DNA of 64,000 bases from Eledone cirrhosa. Its lineage: Eukaryota. Positions 52,201 to 63,919 of this stretch are shown here, piece by piece. The stretch's first letter is position 1. Each line of letters begins with the position of its first letter. The DNA lies in the NCBI GenBank assembly GCA_964016885.1, contig OZ024755.1, positions 41,602,001 through 41,666,000 of the forward strand, in the 5' to 3' direction. A program made the position numbers and the translations under genes. The notes below the pieces were generated by a model that did not search any database, was not told the origin of the DNA, and saw only the letters and a list, made by a program, of their open reading frames with translations.

Positions 52201-52860
52201 GTTCAACTCATCTACCACTAAATTTAGGATGTCAACCGAATCTTGTCCTAGCCCGTCAGCATTCATCTCCTCAGTGGCCGTATCTCTGTTCCAGGTATTA
52301 TTTATCTCAGTATTCAGATCATTGTCTGCTTCGGGTGGTTCCTCCGCTCTCAGGACCTCCTCACCTTCATTTCCCGCCGGCTCGCTTGTCTGGCATACTA
52401 CACCCGCCATCTCCAAGCCATTCTCTCTGCTCAGTTCCTCCAGTTCCAGCTCGCTTATCCACCCATTAGTTCTTATTACCCGAGCCTGCCCGGCCAATTT
52501 TTGTTCATCTAATTTAAATAAACCAATCTCGTTCCAGATGTTATGCATCCGTCTCCTGTAGCCCCTCTCCTTGGGGTTACTTTTCAGGTAGCATTGCATA
52601 ACAGTTCTATTCAATTCTTTCGTCCAGTTGGTTCTGGCCCCTTTCCTTCTTCTTCTTCCTCCAACATCAGCAGTATTTCGTTGACAGTCAGGTTCCTGCT
52701 GCTGAGCCAGGGGGCACCTGTTGGGTGAGAGTCTGTCACATGACGTTCTAGTCTCCATTTCACCGTTATTCGAACTGTTTATGTTCGATATTTAAACACT
52801 CTTATCGAGGATTGGCGAATGTATGTTTACATAGCCATCTGTGGATCCGCCATCCCACTT
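49286..52860 (-). mobile_element. R4/Dong-clade non-LTR retrotransposon, apparently (near) full length, in (TAA)n
   Basis: Single long ORF; both junctions in ATT repeats. Confidence 0.92.
49366..52758 (-). CDS. RT plus CCHC plus restriction-like (PD-D/ExK) endonuclease polyprotein, 1130 aa, intact
   Basis: NWKSPGPDG, YRPITCL, IDYRKAFD, GIFQGDSLSP, LFMDD, CRICG..ETVAHIVSEC, RHD, RPDLVV..IVDVACP..EKINRYQDL. Confidence 0.95.
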   Translation of the reverse strand: METRTSCDRLSPNRCPLAQQQEPDCQRNTADVGGRRRRKGARTNWTKELNRTVMQCYLKSNPKERGYRRRMHNIWNEIGLFKLDEQKLAGQARVIRTNGWISELELEELSRENGLEMAGVVCQTSEPAGNEGEEVLRAEEPPEADNDLNTEINNTWNRDTATEEMNADGLGQDSVDILNLVVDELNNDSGRPMNLRFVDRKKLKETTAKVNKVIPYLEARSLHQCNNILKATANTVRKLLGIKARGNNRQERAEPWWKKRLSGQIGEMRNDIGKLESLLNGTLKNIGTKNRLEIKYKTRSKKLNIIIEELKQRIVAKSAKIRRYENRVSQYKQNRMFDNNQKMLFGQLEGKERGTDLIPGAEQAKTFWRGIWEQDVRHNAQAGWIETVQREIGEQAQQQTDLSITVETLKGQAKKLTNWKSPGPDGVQGYWIKHLTSLHPKLTAMFNDCLVSGEVPEWLTKGTTVLIMKDRIKGNDVTNYRPITCLPVMWKLLTSIVSEEIYHHLHTNNLLPDEQKGCRKKSRGTKDQLLIDKMVMGNCRRRHTDLAMGWIDYRKAFDMVPHSWITKSLEIFRVADNIRQLLGRSMGSWETELTSTGVSLGSVKIKRGIFQGDSLSPLLFVLALMPLTIMLRKVRAGYKLGRGELTINHLLFMDDLKLFGKSEKELDVLVDTVRIFSSDICMQFGVGKCGVIVMRRGRLSRSNGIQIPTGEMIKEIDSEEGYKYLGVLEADGIKNKKMKELLRTEYIRRVRSVLKSHLNSRNAISAVNSRAVSIIRYSAGILRWNVAEQKEMDRKTRKLLTIYNMFHKRSDVDRLYLRRSEGGRGLISIEDCVQMEKNNLYKYVTYSKEPMLRAVLKEGTVGQGIPKEEITSRRKSSLKGKSLHSTFFEKTEFRDPQTWNWLRRGDLKKATEGMLMAAQEQALKTKWLKHHIYKEEASPLCRICGEREETVAHIVSECKHLAQTHYKGWRHDVMGRVIHWHLCKVNNLPHSEKWYEHRPEAVMENSQVKVLWDFRIQTDKKLEHNRPDLVVVDKEKRSCLIVDVACPFDTRVQEKEREKINRYQDLKWEVKRIWNCHEVKVIPIVIGALGTISKGFQGWLKKIGPFTLFGTLQKACLLGTARTLRYVLNI

Positions 52861-52882
52861 ATTATTATTATTATTATTATTG

Positions 52883-53078
52883 TGGTGGATTGACAGTATC
52901 GGTAGAGAGTCGGACGCCATGCTTTATAGCAAAGAGTTACCGCCCTTTATGATCTGAGTTCAAATCCCACCGAGGTTAACTTTGCCTTTCATCCTTACGG
53001 GGTCGATAAAATAAAGTACCAGTAATGTACTGGGATAATTGCTGGCCTTGTGCCAAAAGTAGAAACAATTATTATTAT
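52883..53078 (+). mobile_element. Full-length SINE
   Basis: Same structure as 47222-47420. Confidence 0.88.
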
Positions 53079-53514
53079 GATTGGTCTCTGCACGACACAC
53101 CACGGCTACTTACTCTCCGTAAGTTTTGTTTGTGTACATCCATTTATATTGCTTTTTTGTTTAAAATGTTTGTTACAAAGGGAGCATAAGGCTTCAGTCT
53201 TTCCCTGAAGAAAGGACTTCACAGAATATTTGGGACTTGGGCCCAAATATATGAACTTTAAATTTAAAATTCTGCTGTAAAAATCTTTTGTAAAAAAATG
53301 GAGGTTAAAAACTCCGGCCAAGGCGGGACAATTCTGGAAATAATCGTACATCATAAAAGTGATTTGGACGGCGTTCTGAAGAGAAACAAGAATGTCATCA
53401 CCACCACCACCACCACCACCACCACCACCACCACCACCACCACCACCACCACCACTACCTCCACCAGCACCACCTCCACCATTGCCACCACTACCACGAC
53501 AGCAACAACAATGT

Positions 53515-53780
53515 CACCACCACCAGTTTTTACTGGAACATTCCACCAGTACTCTTTCATATTATGTACCTGGATGTCTTCCACATTGCTGTAGCTTTTA
53601 ATGTGTTTATTATCGGGGCTATCTTTTTTACGAACTGCATTGTACAGTGTTTTGGCCACTACATCATGCCTCATAGGTAGATAGTACGGCGATGACATCT
53701 TTGGACAGCTGCTGATGACATGGGTGATATCCTCGATGTTAGTTCTGCAGAGTCTGCACTTGTTATCACATCTAGGTCGT
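53515..53780 (-). mobile_element. Second RLE-LINE family, CCHC/RHD fragment
   Basis: CRLCRTNIEDITHVISSCPKMS..YYLPMRHDVVAK...YWWNVPVKT. Confidence 0.75.
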
Positions 53781-53919
53781 ATGTATGTATGTATGTATGT
53801 ATGTATGTATGTATGTGTGTGTGTGTGTGTGTGTAGATATGCTTATGTGCGTGCGTGTGTGTGTATATATATATGAATATGTATATTATTATTGTTGTTG
53901 TCGTTATTATTATTATTGC

Positions 53920-53962
<43 letters not shown>

Positions 53963-54084
53963 GTTATTAATGTATGTGTGTATATATGTGTGAGTGTATG
54001 TGTATGTATGTGTGTGTGTATATATGTATGTATGTGTATGTATGTGTGTGTGTATATGTATGTGTATATATATATATATGTATA

Positions 54085-54151
<67 letters not shown>

Positions 54152-54152
54152 T

Positions 54153-54203
<51 letters not shown>

Positions 54204-54439
54204 TTTTTTATTTATTTTTTTTTTTATTGTGCAATGGCCATACTCGATAACGAGGGGGCAGCCATCATCATGTATGTATGTATGTATGTATGTATGTATG
54301 TATGTATGTATGTATGTATGTATGTACATATGTATATATGTATGTATGTATGTACGCATGTATGTGTGGATGGATGTAAGTATGAATGTGTGTATGTATG
54401 TATGGATGGATGGATATAAGTATGAATGTGTGTATGTAT

Positions 54440-54990
54440 GTCGGGTCGTTGGCGACTAAACTGGCAACCCCACCAGGGTTTCTTGGTGAGGAAGGTGACT
54501 TTGGACATCCTGCAGGACTAAAAACAAAACCTGTCAAAGGGCAAAGGAGCTCTTAAGAGTCAATGGCCTTCCAAAATCACCGGAAGAGATGACCCCTTAT
54601 CCTTTGTCAAGGAAGAATTCTAGGAAAAGGAAAACTCTGATATAACACCTGCAACCCTGATGGTATCCAATGATGTTGACTTGTTCTTCTTTTTGATAAA
54701 TATCATCTTGGTTAAGAGAGTGGGACTGGCTTTGTGCAGTGCCTTTGCTCACTATAAAAGCTTCACGGCACAGGCGTTGCTTTATATCTGGAGATCTCTC
54801 TGCACTTGTCGTCACATGGTACCATGGGCCCAGCACTATGTGTCAATAATTGTCACAGGTGTAGTGTTTGTACCAGAGTTTTCAAGTCGCTGGCTGGACT
54901 AAAAAGTCACACTCGTTCAGCGCATCGGTAGGGGTTCTCCTACATGGATATAAAGTAGTGGCCGTACTCGAAAACGAGTTGGCAGCCACC
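54440..54990 (+). mobile_element. Longer copy of RTE-related non-autonomous element in (ATGT)n; related short 3' ends at 54228-54270 and 59881-59922
   Basis: Shares ~400 bp with 6979-7385; ends ggcagccacc(ATGT)n; no credible ORF. Confidence 0.7.
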
Positions 54991-55226
54991 ATGTATGTAT
55001 GTATGTATGTATGTATGTATGTATGTATGTATGTATGTATGTATGTATGTATGTATGTAGGTACGAATGTACGTATATATAGAGAGCAGAAATGGAAAGT
55101 TCAACAGTTGTGATGTCTGAAAAAACCGCTGAGAAAACGTCAGGTAACTAAGAGAACGTTCAGGTAACTAAGAGAACGTTCAGGTAACTAAGAGAACGTT
55201 CAGGTAACATAGTAGAAAGTCTTTAC

Positions 55227-55273
55227 CTGAAGTAGGTTAACATCATTCCAATCTAACTCCATTTCTTCAGCAC
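55227..55273 (-). CDS. ETS transcription factor small exon
   Basis: tttttgattatag acceptor; (G)AEEMELDWNDVNLLQ; CAG/GTAAAG donor; phase 1-0 fits next exon. Confidence 0.65.
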
Positions 55274-55450
55274 CTATAATCAAAAATATTAGAAATATAT
55301 TTTTTACTTTATGATGTTCTTTTGTTTTTTTTTACTTATTTTTCATTATTCTACTGGTTTCCGTTTTAAAACCACATACATCCACCTTACACACAGACAC
55401 ACATATGTATATATATATATATATATATAAATACACACACACAAACACAC

Positions 55451-55497
<47 letters not shown>

Positions 55498-55528
55498 CAC
55501 ACACACACACAAATATATATATATATAA

Positions 55529-55575
<47 letters not shown>

Positions 55576-55737
55576 TATATATATATATATAAATACACAC
55601 ACATACACATACACACACACAAATATATATATATATATTTATAAATACACATACACATACACACACACACATACACACACACACATATATATATATATAA
55701 ATATACACACACACATATATATATATACATACACACA

Positions 55738-55773
<36 letters not shown>

Positions 55774-56464
55774 TACAGAATGTGTGACAAAGGAACTTTG
55801 ACGAACCAACGAATGACTAGTAATAAAGATAAAGTGAAAAAGTGAAAATGATATGCTGCGTGTGTTTCTGTTCAATATCAATGTTGTCAACATACCCCCC
55901 CCCCCCAGTATAACAATATATATATATGGCTGACTGAATACCTACGTGCCTTTTATTCTCATTGTTTTTTCATTCTTTCCTTTTCTCACTCTCTATCTTC
56001 CTATTTTATCCTTTATTTCTCATTCTATCTTCTGATAAAGGACTAAGGTCCAAAACGTTAAAACTCTTTTTCTATCATTTCAAGCGTTAAGCTAATATAT
56101 TTACTCATTGTACTGAATCATTTGCTTTTTTATTCCTATTTACACACACGCCCCCCCCCCCCACATATATATATATACATATATGCATATACACATTATA
56201 TATATATGCATATACACATTATATATATATACATATAGTAATAATAATAACTGTGAAAACTAAAATCTAAAGAAGGCTCGAAAAGATAAATATATATCAA
56301 ATATATAAGAACCGTAGAGCAAATATTTATTAAAATAACAGATTAAAGTTTAAGCAAAGAATCGCTGCTTTCACCCTTAACGGTTAAGGGTGAAAGCAGC
56401 GATTCTTTGCTTAAACTTTAATCTGTTATCTGTTATTATAATAAATATATATATATATGTGTGC

Positions 56465-56558
<94 letters not shown>

Positions 56559-57308
56559 AAGAACACAAGAGCGTCTATATATATATAGAGAGAGAGAGAT
56601 AGAGAGATTCTTTACTATATATATATATATACCGAGTCGGCAGTTTCCGTCTACTAAATTGCGGTTACGAAGCTTTGGTCAATCCAAAGTTATAATAGAA
56701 GGTCCTCGTAGCGAGCCCACGACCCCGTGGTTATTAAACGAACTCCGTACCTACACAACTTAATCATATATATATATTATTATATCACAAAACGAATTGA
56801 GTCAATCGTCAGATCGGACCAAATAAACGATGTTTTCACAGGCATTTCCATTCCTGATGCTGTCTACTGGTCACAAATCCTGGGAGAATGAGGTGGGATT
56901 TGAACTCAGACCGCACAAAGCCGAATAAGATATCATAAACCACCCCCTCCGCCAATCCCCCGCCACTGGACTGGAGCGTCGGTTAACGTGCTTTACGGCA
57001 TAGAGTTACTGCCCTTTACATTCAGAGTTCATGTCTTGATATGTCTTGTTCTTGTTGGTATCGCCCCACTCTCAATCCAGATTCAACAAACATATGATCA
57101 AACTCATTCCAGACGTGACCATCCTACTGTAACAGACTAAATATAACTTCGATACAGTTGTGAGGTCACCGGATATATTTCTTTGCGCTATTTAGTCCGC
57201 GTTCTGCGTTCAAATGTTGAGGCCGGGCCACATTGATTTTCACCTCTTCCGGATTGACAAATGAAGTTCTAGTCCATTAATAATAATAATAATAATTATT
57301 ATTATTAT

Positions 57309-57490
57309 GGATTGGCAGTATCGGTAGAGGGTCGGACGCCATGCTTTCCAGCATAGTTACGTCTCTTTACGATCTGAGTTCAAATCCCACCGAGGTTGAC
57401 TTTGCCTTTCATCCTTACGGGGTCGATCAAATAAAGTACCAGTAATACACTGGGTAATTGCTGGCCTTGTGCCTAAAGTAGAAACAATTC
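57309..57490 (+). mobile_element. Full-length SINE
   Basis: A/B boxes, core and 3' end; preceded by (ATT)n. Confidence 0.88.
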
Positions 57491-58072
57491 TTCTTCTTCT
57501 TCTTCTTCTTTCTGTTAGAAATTGATTGTGATCAAAGATGAAAAGAGGCGAACGCCGCCTGTTTTAAAATACTCAAGACGTATATCTCACGATTCTGTTA
57601 TGAGTTATGTGATCGGTGACCAGAAAATAGCTATGACAAAATACTCCAGTGCAGGCGGGTGGTAGATTTGTTGGCTATTTCTAGCAGGTCATGTAACCCT
57701 GTTGAGGCTATCTCATTATCTTGGATTGTGTGATTGTTGTTAATGTTGACACCTCAGGCCTTTATCTAGCACACGTATCGTTAGATGTTTTCTAATTGTC
57801 AGATTTCCATGTTTTTTTTTTGTCAGACATATCCTATATAGGATTATATAGACGAATAGCTAGAGTGTTCCTTCCCTTGGTAGGAAAATAGTGTGTGATT
57901 TGAAGGAGTTTGAACTGCTTTTTTGACAAGTCGAACAACCATATCATGATTGCCATTTTGGCTTGCTGCGATTTTAGCGTTCTCTTCTGTCGTATTCAAA
58001 GACATTTACAAAGGAAGAACAAAGCAAGTATTAGATGTTCGACATGATAGCTAATAAAAAATGACTAAATAC

Positions 58073-58079
58073 CGGACAT
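58073..58079 (-). CDS. Candidate first coding bases of the ETS gene (ATG TCC G), at end of exon ~58293-58073
   Basis: ATGTCCG/GTATTT gives phase 1 and MSGAEEMELDW; donor is weak, and an ATG in the next exon is an alternative start. Confidence 0.45.
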
Positions 58080-58109
58080 TAATAGACCGATTCCTTTTTG
58101 TGTTGGTGA

Positions 58110-58223
58110 CCAATCAGACTTCCGGTGTCCTCGGTCCCTAGATTGCCATTTTTCTCGTCGAAATCGAGGAAGGTAGAATGGCTATTGCAGCGGGTATCAC
58201 TGAGCGTTCTCTTCGCCATCTTG
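58110..58223 (-). promoter_or_regulatory. CpG-containing cluster of CCAAT box, ETS site and YY1-like motif
   Basis: CCAATCAG 58110-58117, ACCGGAAGT 58126-58118, CAAGATGGCG 58223-58214. Confidence 0.5.
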
Positions 58224-58457
58224 TCCGCAGGGTGCGACAGAGATATACTATTCAGCCGAAAGTTTAGAATTTGCCCACGTTCCATTTTTTTGTCTATTAA
58301 TTTCAAAATTTATAAAATACTGTAGTGATTTTCTATTTAAAAAAATTGAAACTATTGATTGAAAATTCTAATAAGAATAAAAAGAAACTTGAAAATAAAC
58401 GCTATAAAAATAAATAGGCAAGCTGGAATGAAATGATAGAAAAGAGATCGATCTCAC

Positions 58458-58620
58458 CTAAGGGTCGAATATGTGGAAAACCTGTCTTTTAAGGATGTTG
58501 AAATTCTGTTTCTTTGAAGATCGTTCACGTCTTTCCTTATTCTGCTTTTCAATCGAGTCAATTGGCTCGTCTAGAGGAAATTGGCCCCTTTTTATAAGAA
58601 ATGTCCTGAAGCCCACTTCC
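58458..58620 (-). promoter_or_regulatory. Putative TATA promoter and non-coding exon 1 of the ETS gene
   Basis: TATAAAAAGGGG at 58596-58585, GGAAGT just upstream, strong donor TAG/GTGAG at 58458. Confidence 0.5.
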
Positions 58621-59340
58621 ATACACCACTGTCACTACATCCTCGTTGTTTTAACCAATAAGATTTCATTGTTTTATTCACATCATATTTAGTTGCTTGG
58701 GACAAAAGTATTTGAAAATTTATTGATTAAAAATATCAACAAGCAATGGAGTCGTTGACAATCCCTAGCCACGTAGAAGGAAGGAGAAGAGGAAGGCCTT
58801 GGTTTCGAATCACTACCAACTATTTGTACCTCAGTAAATATATCCCTCTACAAAGACAACGTTTTACTTAGCTTCTTGACAAGGACATATGGCTATTACT
58901 ACTCCACAGTTCAATAATTACAAATGGAACGGACCTCCGTCGCTTTCGACGACGAGTATTCCAGTTGTTCGGTCAAGAACTGCACAGACATGCGAACGCT
59001 TAATGTAATTCTCAATAAGATTCAACATAACATGATGTGAGACAATGCTAACCATTGAATTACTGGTAGAATCAATCGGACGGAAGTCCAAACAGCCTAC
59101 GTCCACTCAATTCTACTGAGAGAGCATAGGTCAAGCCAGGACACGGAGTGGGATTGAACGGGAACCTAATGATTACGAAGAAAACTTCTAAACCACCACT
59201 TGGCCATAATGTGTCCTCAATTCTAAATGGTCAACAATAGGTATATTTCTAGCTGGTACAGGTGAGATAGGTCAATATGATTCTCAACAAGCAAATATAT
59301 GAATAGGTGAAAAGGTGTGTTGTTGGTGAAGTGACTGTAA

Positions 59341-59484
<144 letters not shown>

Positions 59485-59915
59485 ATATATAAATGTGAAG
59501 ACTAATATCCGAAGAGGGCTCGACAAGGATAATATAAATATAAAAATATATAAAACCATAGAGCAAATATTTTAATATATATATATATATAGGAAAAGAA
59601 TCAGGCCCCCGACGGCTGAGCTCCGTCTGTTTCGACAGCTAGATCCGAATCTAGCTGTCGAAACAGCCAGAGCTCAGCCGTCGGGGTCCTGGCTATTTTC
59701 CTATTACCCACTCTACTATACTAAGTATCGAGTACCCTGGTGCGTTATGCAGCCGGTATTACCAGTGACTGTTTTGGTTGCCAACTCTGTGCAAGACATT
59801 TTAGATCATTGGCTGGGCTAAAAAGCCACATTCGATCGCAGCACCGTTAATTGTTAATATATATTTGTGTTCTTTTTTTTATCGTGCAATGGCCATCCTC
59901 GATAACGAGGGGGCA

Positions 59916-59988
<73 letters not shown>

Positions 59989-60030
59989 TAGGCAGAGAGA
60001 GAGAGAGAGATGAGAGATAGAGAGACAGGC

Positions 60031-60095
<65 letters not shown>

Positions 60096-60363
60096 TGTAC
60101 TGGTGAGTATAGTGTTTGACAGTAGTTTTCTTCGTAGACAGAAAATAGGCTCATATTATCTTCTGATGAACAGCCAATTAACCGCAAAATACGTATAAGC
60201 AGTCGTTTTAGTACATAGAAATGTATAACATAGTGTATAACAGAATGAATTGATCAATCGCGAAACACACGTCACTTGGACGTCAGAAAACGTTCTATAC
60301 AGATCATGTTACATAAGATAAGAAAAGATAATAAATATATATATATTTATGTTGTATGTGAGT

Positions 60364-61020
60364 TTAAACTTGGTTTGAATTTTTTATTGAACATATTTTC
60401 ATTAATAATTCTCCCTTACTCTTTGATTTCATAATCACATTGGTACATTGGTCCAAAGGGAAAACACCAGATTTTGGTAGTGTTTTTCCTCCGCATTTTT
60501 CTATAAGTTTGTTTAGGAGTATGTTCCTAGTATACGGGGTTCTGATTTGCTGTCTATGGACTGTCATTCTTTGTCGAAGTGTTATCCAGTCTGCCCTATA
60601 TAATGTTCGTGGCAACCTCGGCAGATTATGACACCAATTAAGTTTTCCTAGTTGAATGAGAAGTTATTCTTAACTTTGAAGGTAGAACCGTCTTTGAAGT
60701 GGAATTCATGGCCTTCCAGTAAGTAGCTGTACATTCCAGAATGAGGCGGTTACATCTATTCACATGGGTTCTGTAATTGTGGTTTGCAGCTCTGCCCATG
60801 TCAGTATTTTTTAATAATGATTTCAGCTGTCGTTTACTCTTAATAACAGGATATTTATTAAAGAGATTTTTCATTTTTGTCTTTTTGTAATATAGGCAGG
60901 TTTAGTCGTATGTGTGGATAGATTCCTGTGTTTTGGGGGTTGAAGGTTGAGATGTAGCGTGAGATGTCTTTTTTCCTCTTTTGGTTTTGTTTCTCGGAGG
61001 ACTTGAATTCTAATTTTTTT
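60364..61020 (-). mobile_element. Degraded Penelope-like fragment (family of 41930-42810)
   Basis: YISTFNP..IKSKRQ..LRQRMTVHRQQIR with frameshifts. Confidence 0.75.
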
Positions 61021-61134
61021 GTATGTATATACGTACATACATACATACATACATACATACATACATACATACATACATACATACATACATACACACACAT
61101 ATATAGAGAGAGAGGTGCGTCTACATGTGAGTAC

Positions 61135-61226
61135 ACATATCTGAGGAGCTCCTGATTCCAGAGTCAAAATCGAACATTAATCGATCGTTCCTCGAGCTGA
61201 TGGGCAATGAAACATATGTAATATGT
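61135..61226 (+). ncRNA. Hammerhead ribozyme motif with extended stem II
   Basis: acatat-CTGAGGA-gctc...gagc..-GAAA-catatGTA-atatgt. Confidence 0.6.
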
Positions 61227-61267
61227 AATTAAATATGTATATGATGCAACACTGATTCTTTGTTCCC

Positions 61268-61329
<62 letters not shown>

Positions 61330-61815
61330 GTTCTTTGAGTCTCAGTCATTGATGTTATTTAACTGGAAAGTTTGTTGAAATGAATATCAAGACACTACCT
61401 GCAGCCTCAGATATTCAGGACGTATCGGATGGTTCTTGCTGTTCCCAGCAAGCATGCCTTTTGAAGCGTTCCAAAAAGCGTGAAGGGGCCAATTTTCTTT
61501 AACCATCCCTGGAAACTTTTTGAGATAGTACCTAGTGCGCCTATGACAATCGGGACCACTTTGACTTCATGGCAGTTCCAAATCCTTTTTACCTCCCACT
61601 TTAAGTCCTGGTATCGGTTAATTTTCTCCCTCTCCTTCTCTTGCACTCTCGTGTCGAATGAGCAGGCCACATCCACAATCAGGCACGATCTTTTTTCCTT
61701 GTCCAAAACCACCAGGTCAGGTCTATTGTGTTCCAGTGTCTTGTCCGTCTGTATCCTAAAATCCCACAGCACCTTCACCTGATCGTTTTCTATCACCGAC
61801 TCTGGCTTATGCTCA

Positions 61816-61879
<64 letters not shown>

Positions 61880-62125
61880 GTTGTTGTTATTCCTTGAATC
61901 TCAGTCATTGATGTTGGTTAACTGGAAAGTCCGTTGGATTGAATATCAAGCCACTACCTGCAGCCTCAGATATTCAGGACGTATCGGAGGGTTCTTGCTG
62001 TTCCAAGCAAGCATGCCTTTTGAAGCGTTCCAAAAAGCGTGAAGGGGCCGATTTTCTTTAACCATCCCTGGAAACTTTTGGAGATAGTCCCCAGTGCGCC
62101 TATGACAATCGGGATCACTTTGACT

Positions 62126-62128
<3 letters not shown>
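61330..62128 (-). mobile_element. Two tandem R4/Dong 3' fragments (61330-61816, 61886-62128)
   Basis: RLE domain ORF 61407-61796; each fragment bounded by (ATT)n. Confidence 0.9.
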
Positions 62129-62201
<73 letters not shown>

Positions 62202-62203
62202 TA

Positions 62204-62929
62204 CTACCAAGGAGCTTTGCCAGTTCGGGATAAACTCTACAGGCATGGAGGTGCCGTCAGCCGGGCATGTCCGAGATGCGCGCAGGGTGACGAAACCGTC
62301 CTGCACGCACTCGTCCAGTGTCCGAGCATTGCTGACTTGTGGGTTTATGTCGAACACCTGCTGTCACGTGTAGGACGGATCCAGCTATCAGCTGAGTCCA
62401 TCGTGAGGATTGCCCCGCCCTCTTCCTTTAGCCGGGAAGGGTAGGGAGTCTTTATCTGTCTGGTGGCCATGGCGAAAGAGATAGTATGGTGGACACGTTT
62501 TAAAGGGCTGAAGACGAGCACTTACCTCTTCGGTGATGCCCTGATTAACTTTTTCAAATTTCATTTGAAAAGGAAAATCAGGGTAGAGAGGGAAGTGCTC
62601 TCTTCCCAGCATTTTGTTGAAAGATGGGTGAGAGAAGCAAGTATGGCTCGAGTGAATTGAATACTCTGAGTATGTGTCTGTAAATTAAAGGTGGAAAACT
62701 GGGAGAGGACACTTGCCTTGGTGGTCAGGGTCACTGTGGCCTTTTAATGGGCTTTCTCCACAAATGTCCCTCGGAAGTCTCCCCCCTATTGGGGAATTTT
62801 TCATTGTTATTTTTTATTACATCCTCTGTTTTTTTTTACACGCAGAAATGCCCATTTGTACCGTCCTGTATTGTCCTGTACTGTCCTTAATGTCTACTTT
62901 ATGTAAACCCTTGTGGTTAATAAAGAAAG

Positions 62930-62930
<1 letters not shown>
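62204..62930 (+). mobile_element. Tx1 (ATT-type) 5'-truncated copy
   Basis: GALPVRDKLYRHG..CPRC..ETVLHALVQC..RWVREASMARVN, homologous to the CCTA-type C-terminus; end ccttgtggttaataaagaaagc(ATT)n. Confidence 0.88.
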
Positions 62931-62963
<33 letters not shown>

Positions 62964-63870
62964 GTTATTCCTTGAATCTCAGTCATTGATGTTGGTTAAC
63001 TGGAAAGTCCGTTGGATTGAATATCAAGCCACTATCTGCAGCCTCAGATATTCAGGACGTATCGGAGGGTTCTTGCTGTTCCAAGCAAGCATGCCTTTTG
63101 AAGCGTTCCAAAAAGCGTGAAGGGGCCGATTTTCTTTAACCATCCCTGGAAACTTTTGGAGATAGTCCCCAGTGCGCCTATGACAATCGGGATCACTTTG
63201 ACTTCATGGCAGTTCCAAATCCTTTTCACCTCCCACTTTAGGTCCTGGTATCGGTTAATTTTCTCCCTCTCCTTCTCTTGCACTCTCGTGTCGAACGGGC
63301 AGGCCACATCCACAATTAGACACGTTCTTTTTTCTTTGTCCACAACCACCAGGTCAGGTCTATTGTGTTCCAGTTTTTTGTCCGTCTGTATCCTAAAATC
63401 CCACAGCACCTTCACCTGATTGTTCTCCATCACCGCCTCTGGCCTATGCTCATACCATTTCTCAGAATGTGGTAAATTGTTTACTTTGCACAGGTGCCAG
63501 TGGATCACCCTGCCCATCACATCGTGTCTCCAGCCCTTATAGTGGGTCTGGGCTAGGTGTTTACACTCGGACACAATGTGAGCCACAGTCTCCTCTCTCT
63601 CTCCACAGATCCTGCACAGTGGGCTAGCCTCCTCCTTGTAGATATGGTGCTTCAACCACTTCGTTTTGAGGGCCTGCTCCTGCGCAGCCATTAGCATTCC
63701 TTCTGTAGCCTTTTTGAGGTCTCCTCTTCTCAACCAGTTCCATGTCTGTGGATCTCTAAATTCAGTTTTCTCAAAGAAGGTACTATGAAGGGATTTTCCC
63801 TTAAGGCTGCTCTTCCTCCTTGATGTTATTTCCTCCTTGGACATCCCCTGGCCTACTGTACCCTCCTTCA

Positions 63871-63872
<2 letters not shown>
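62964..63872 (-). mobile_element. R4/Dong 5'-truncated copy (~900 bp)
   Basis: ORF 63044-63844 nearly identical to C-terminus of 49366-52758. Confidence 0.92.

Positions 63873-63919
<47 letters not shown>

Noticed and set aside
53392-53601. Polyproline or polythreonine ORF
   Set aside because: (ACC)n microsatellite
55130-55210. 20-bp x4 repeat containing CAGGTAAC donor-like sites
   Set aside because: Sites are on the strand opposite the gene; simple local duplication
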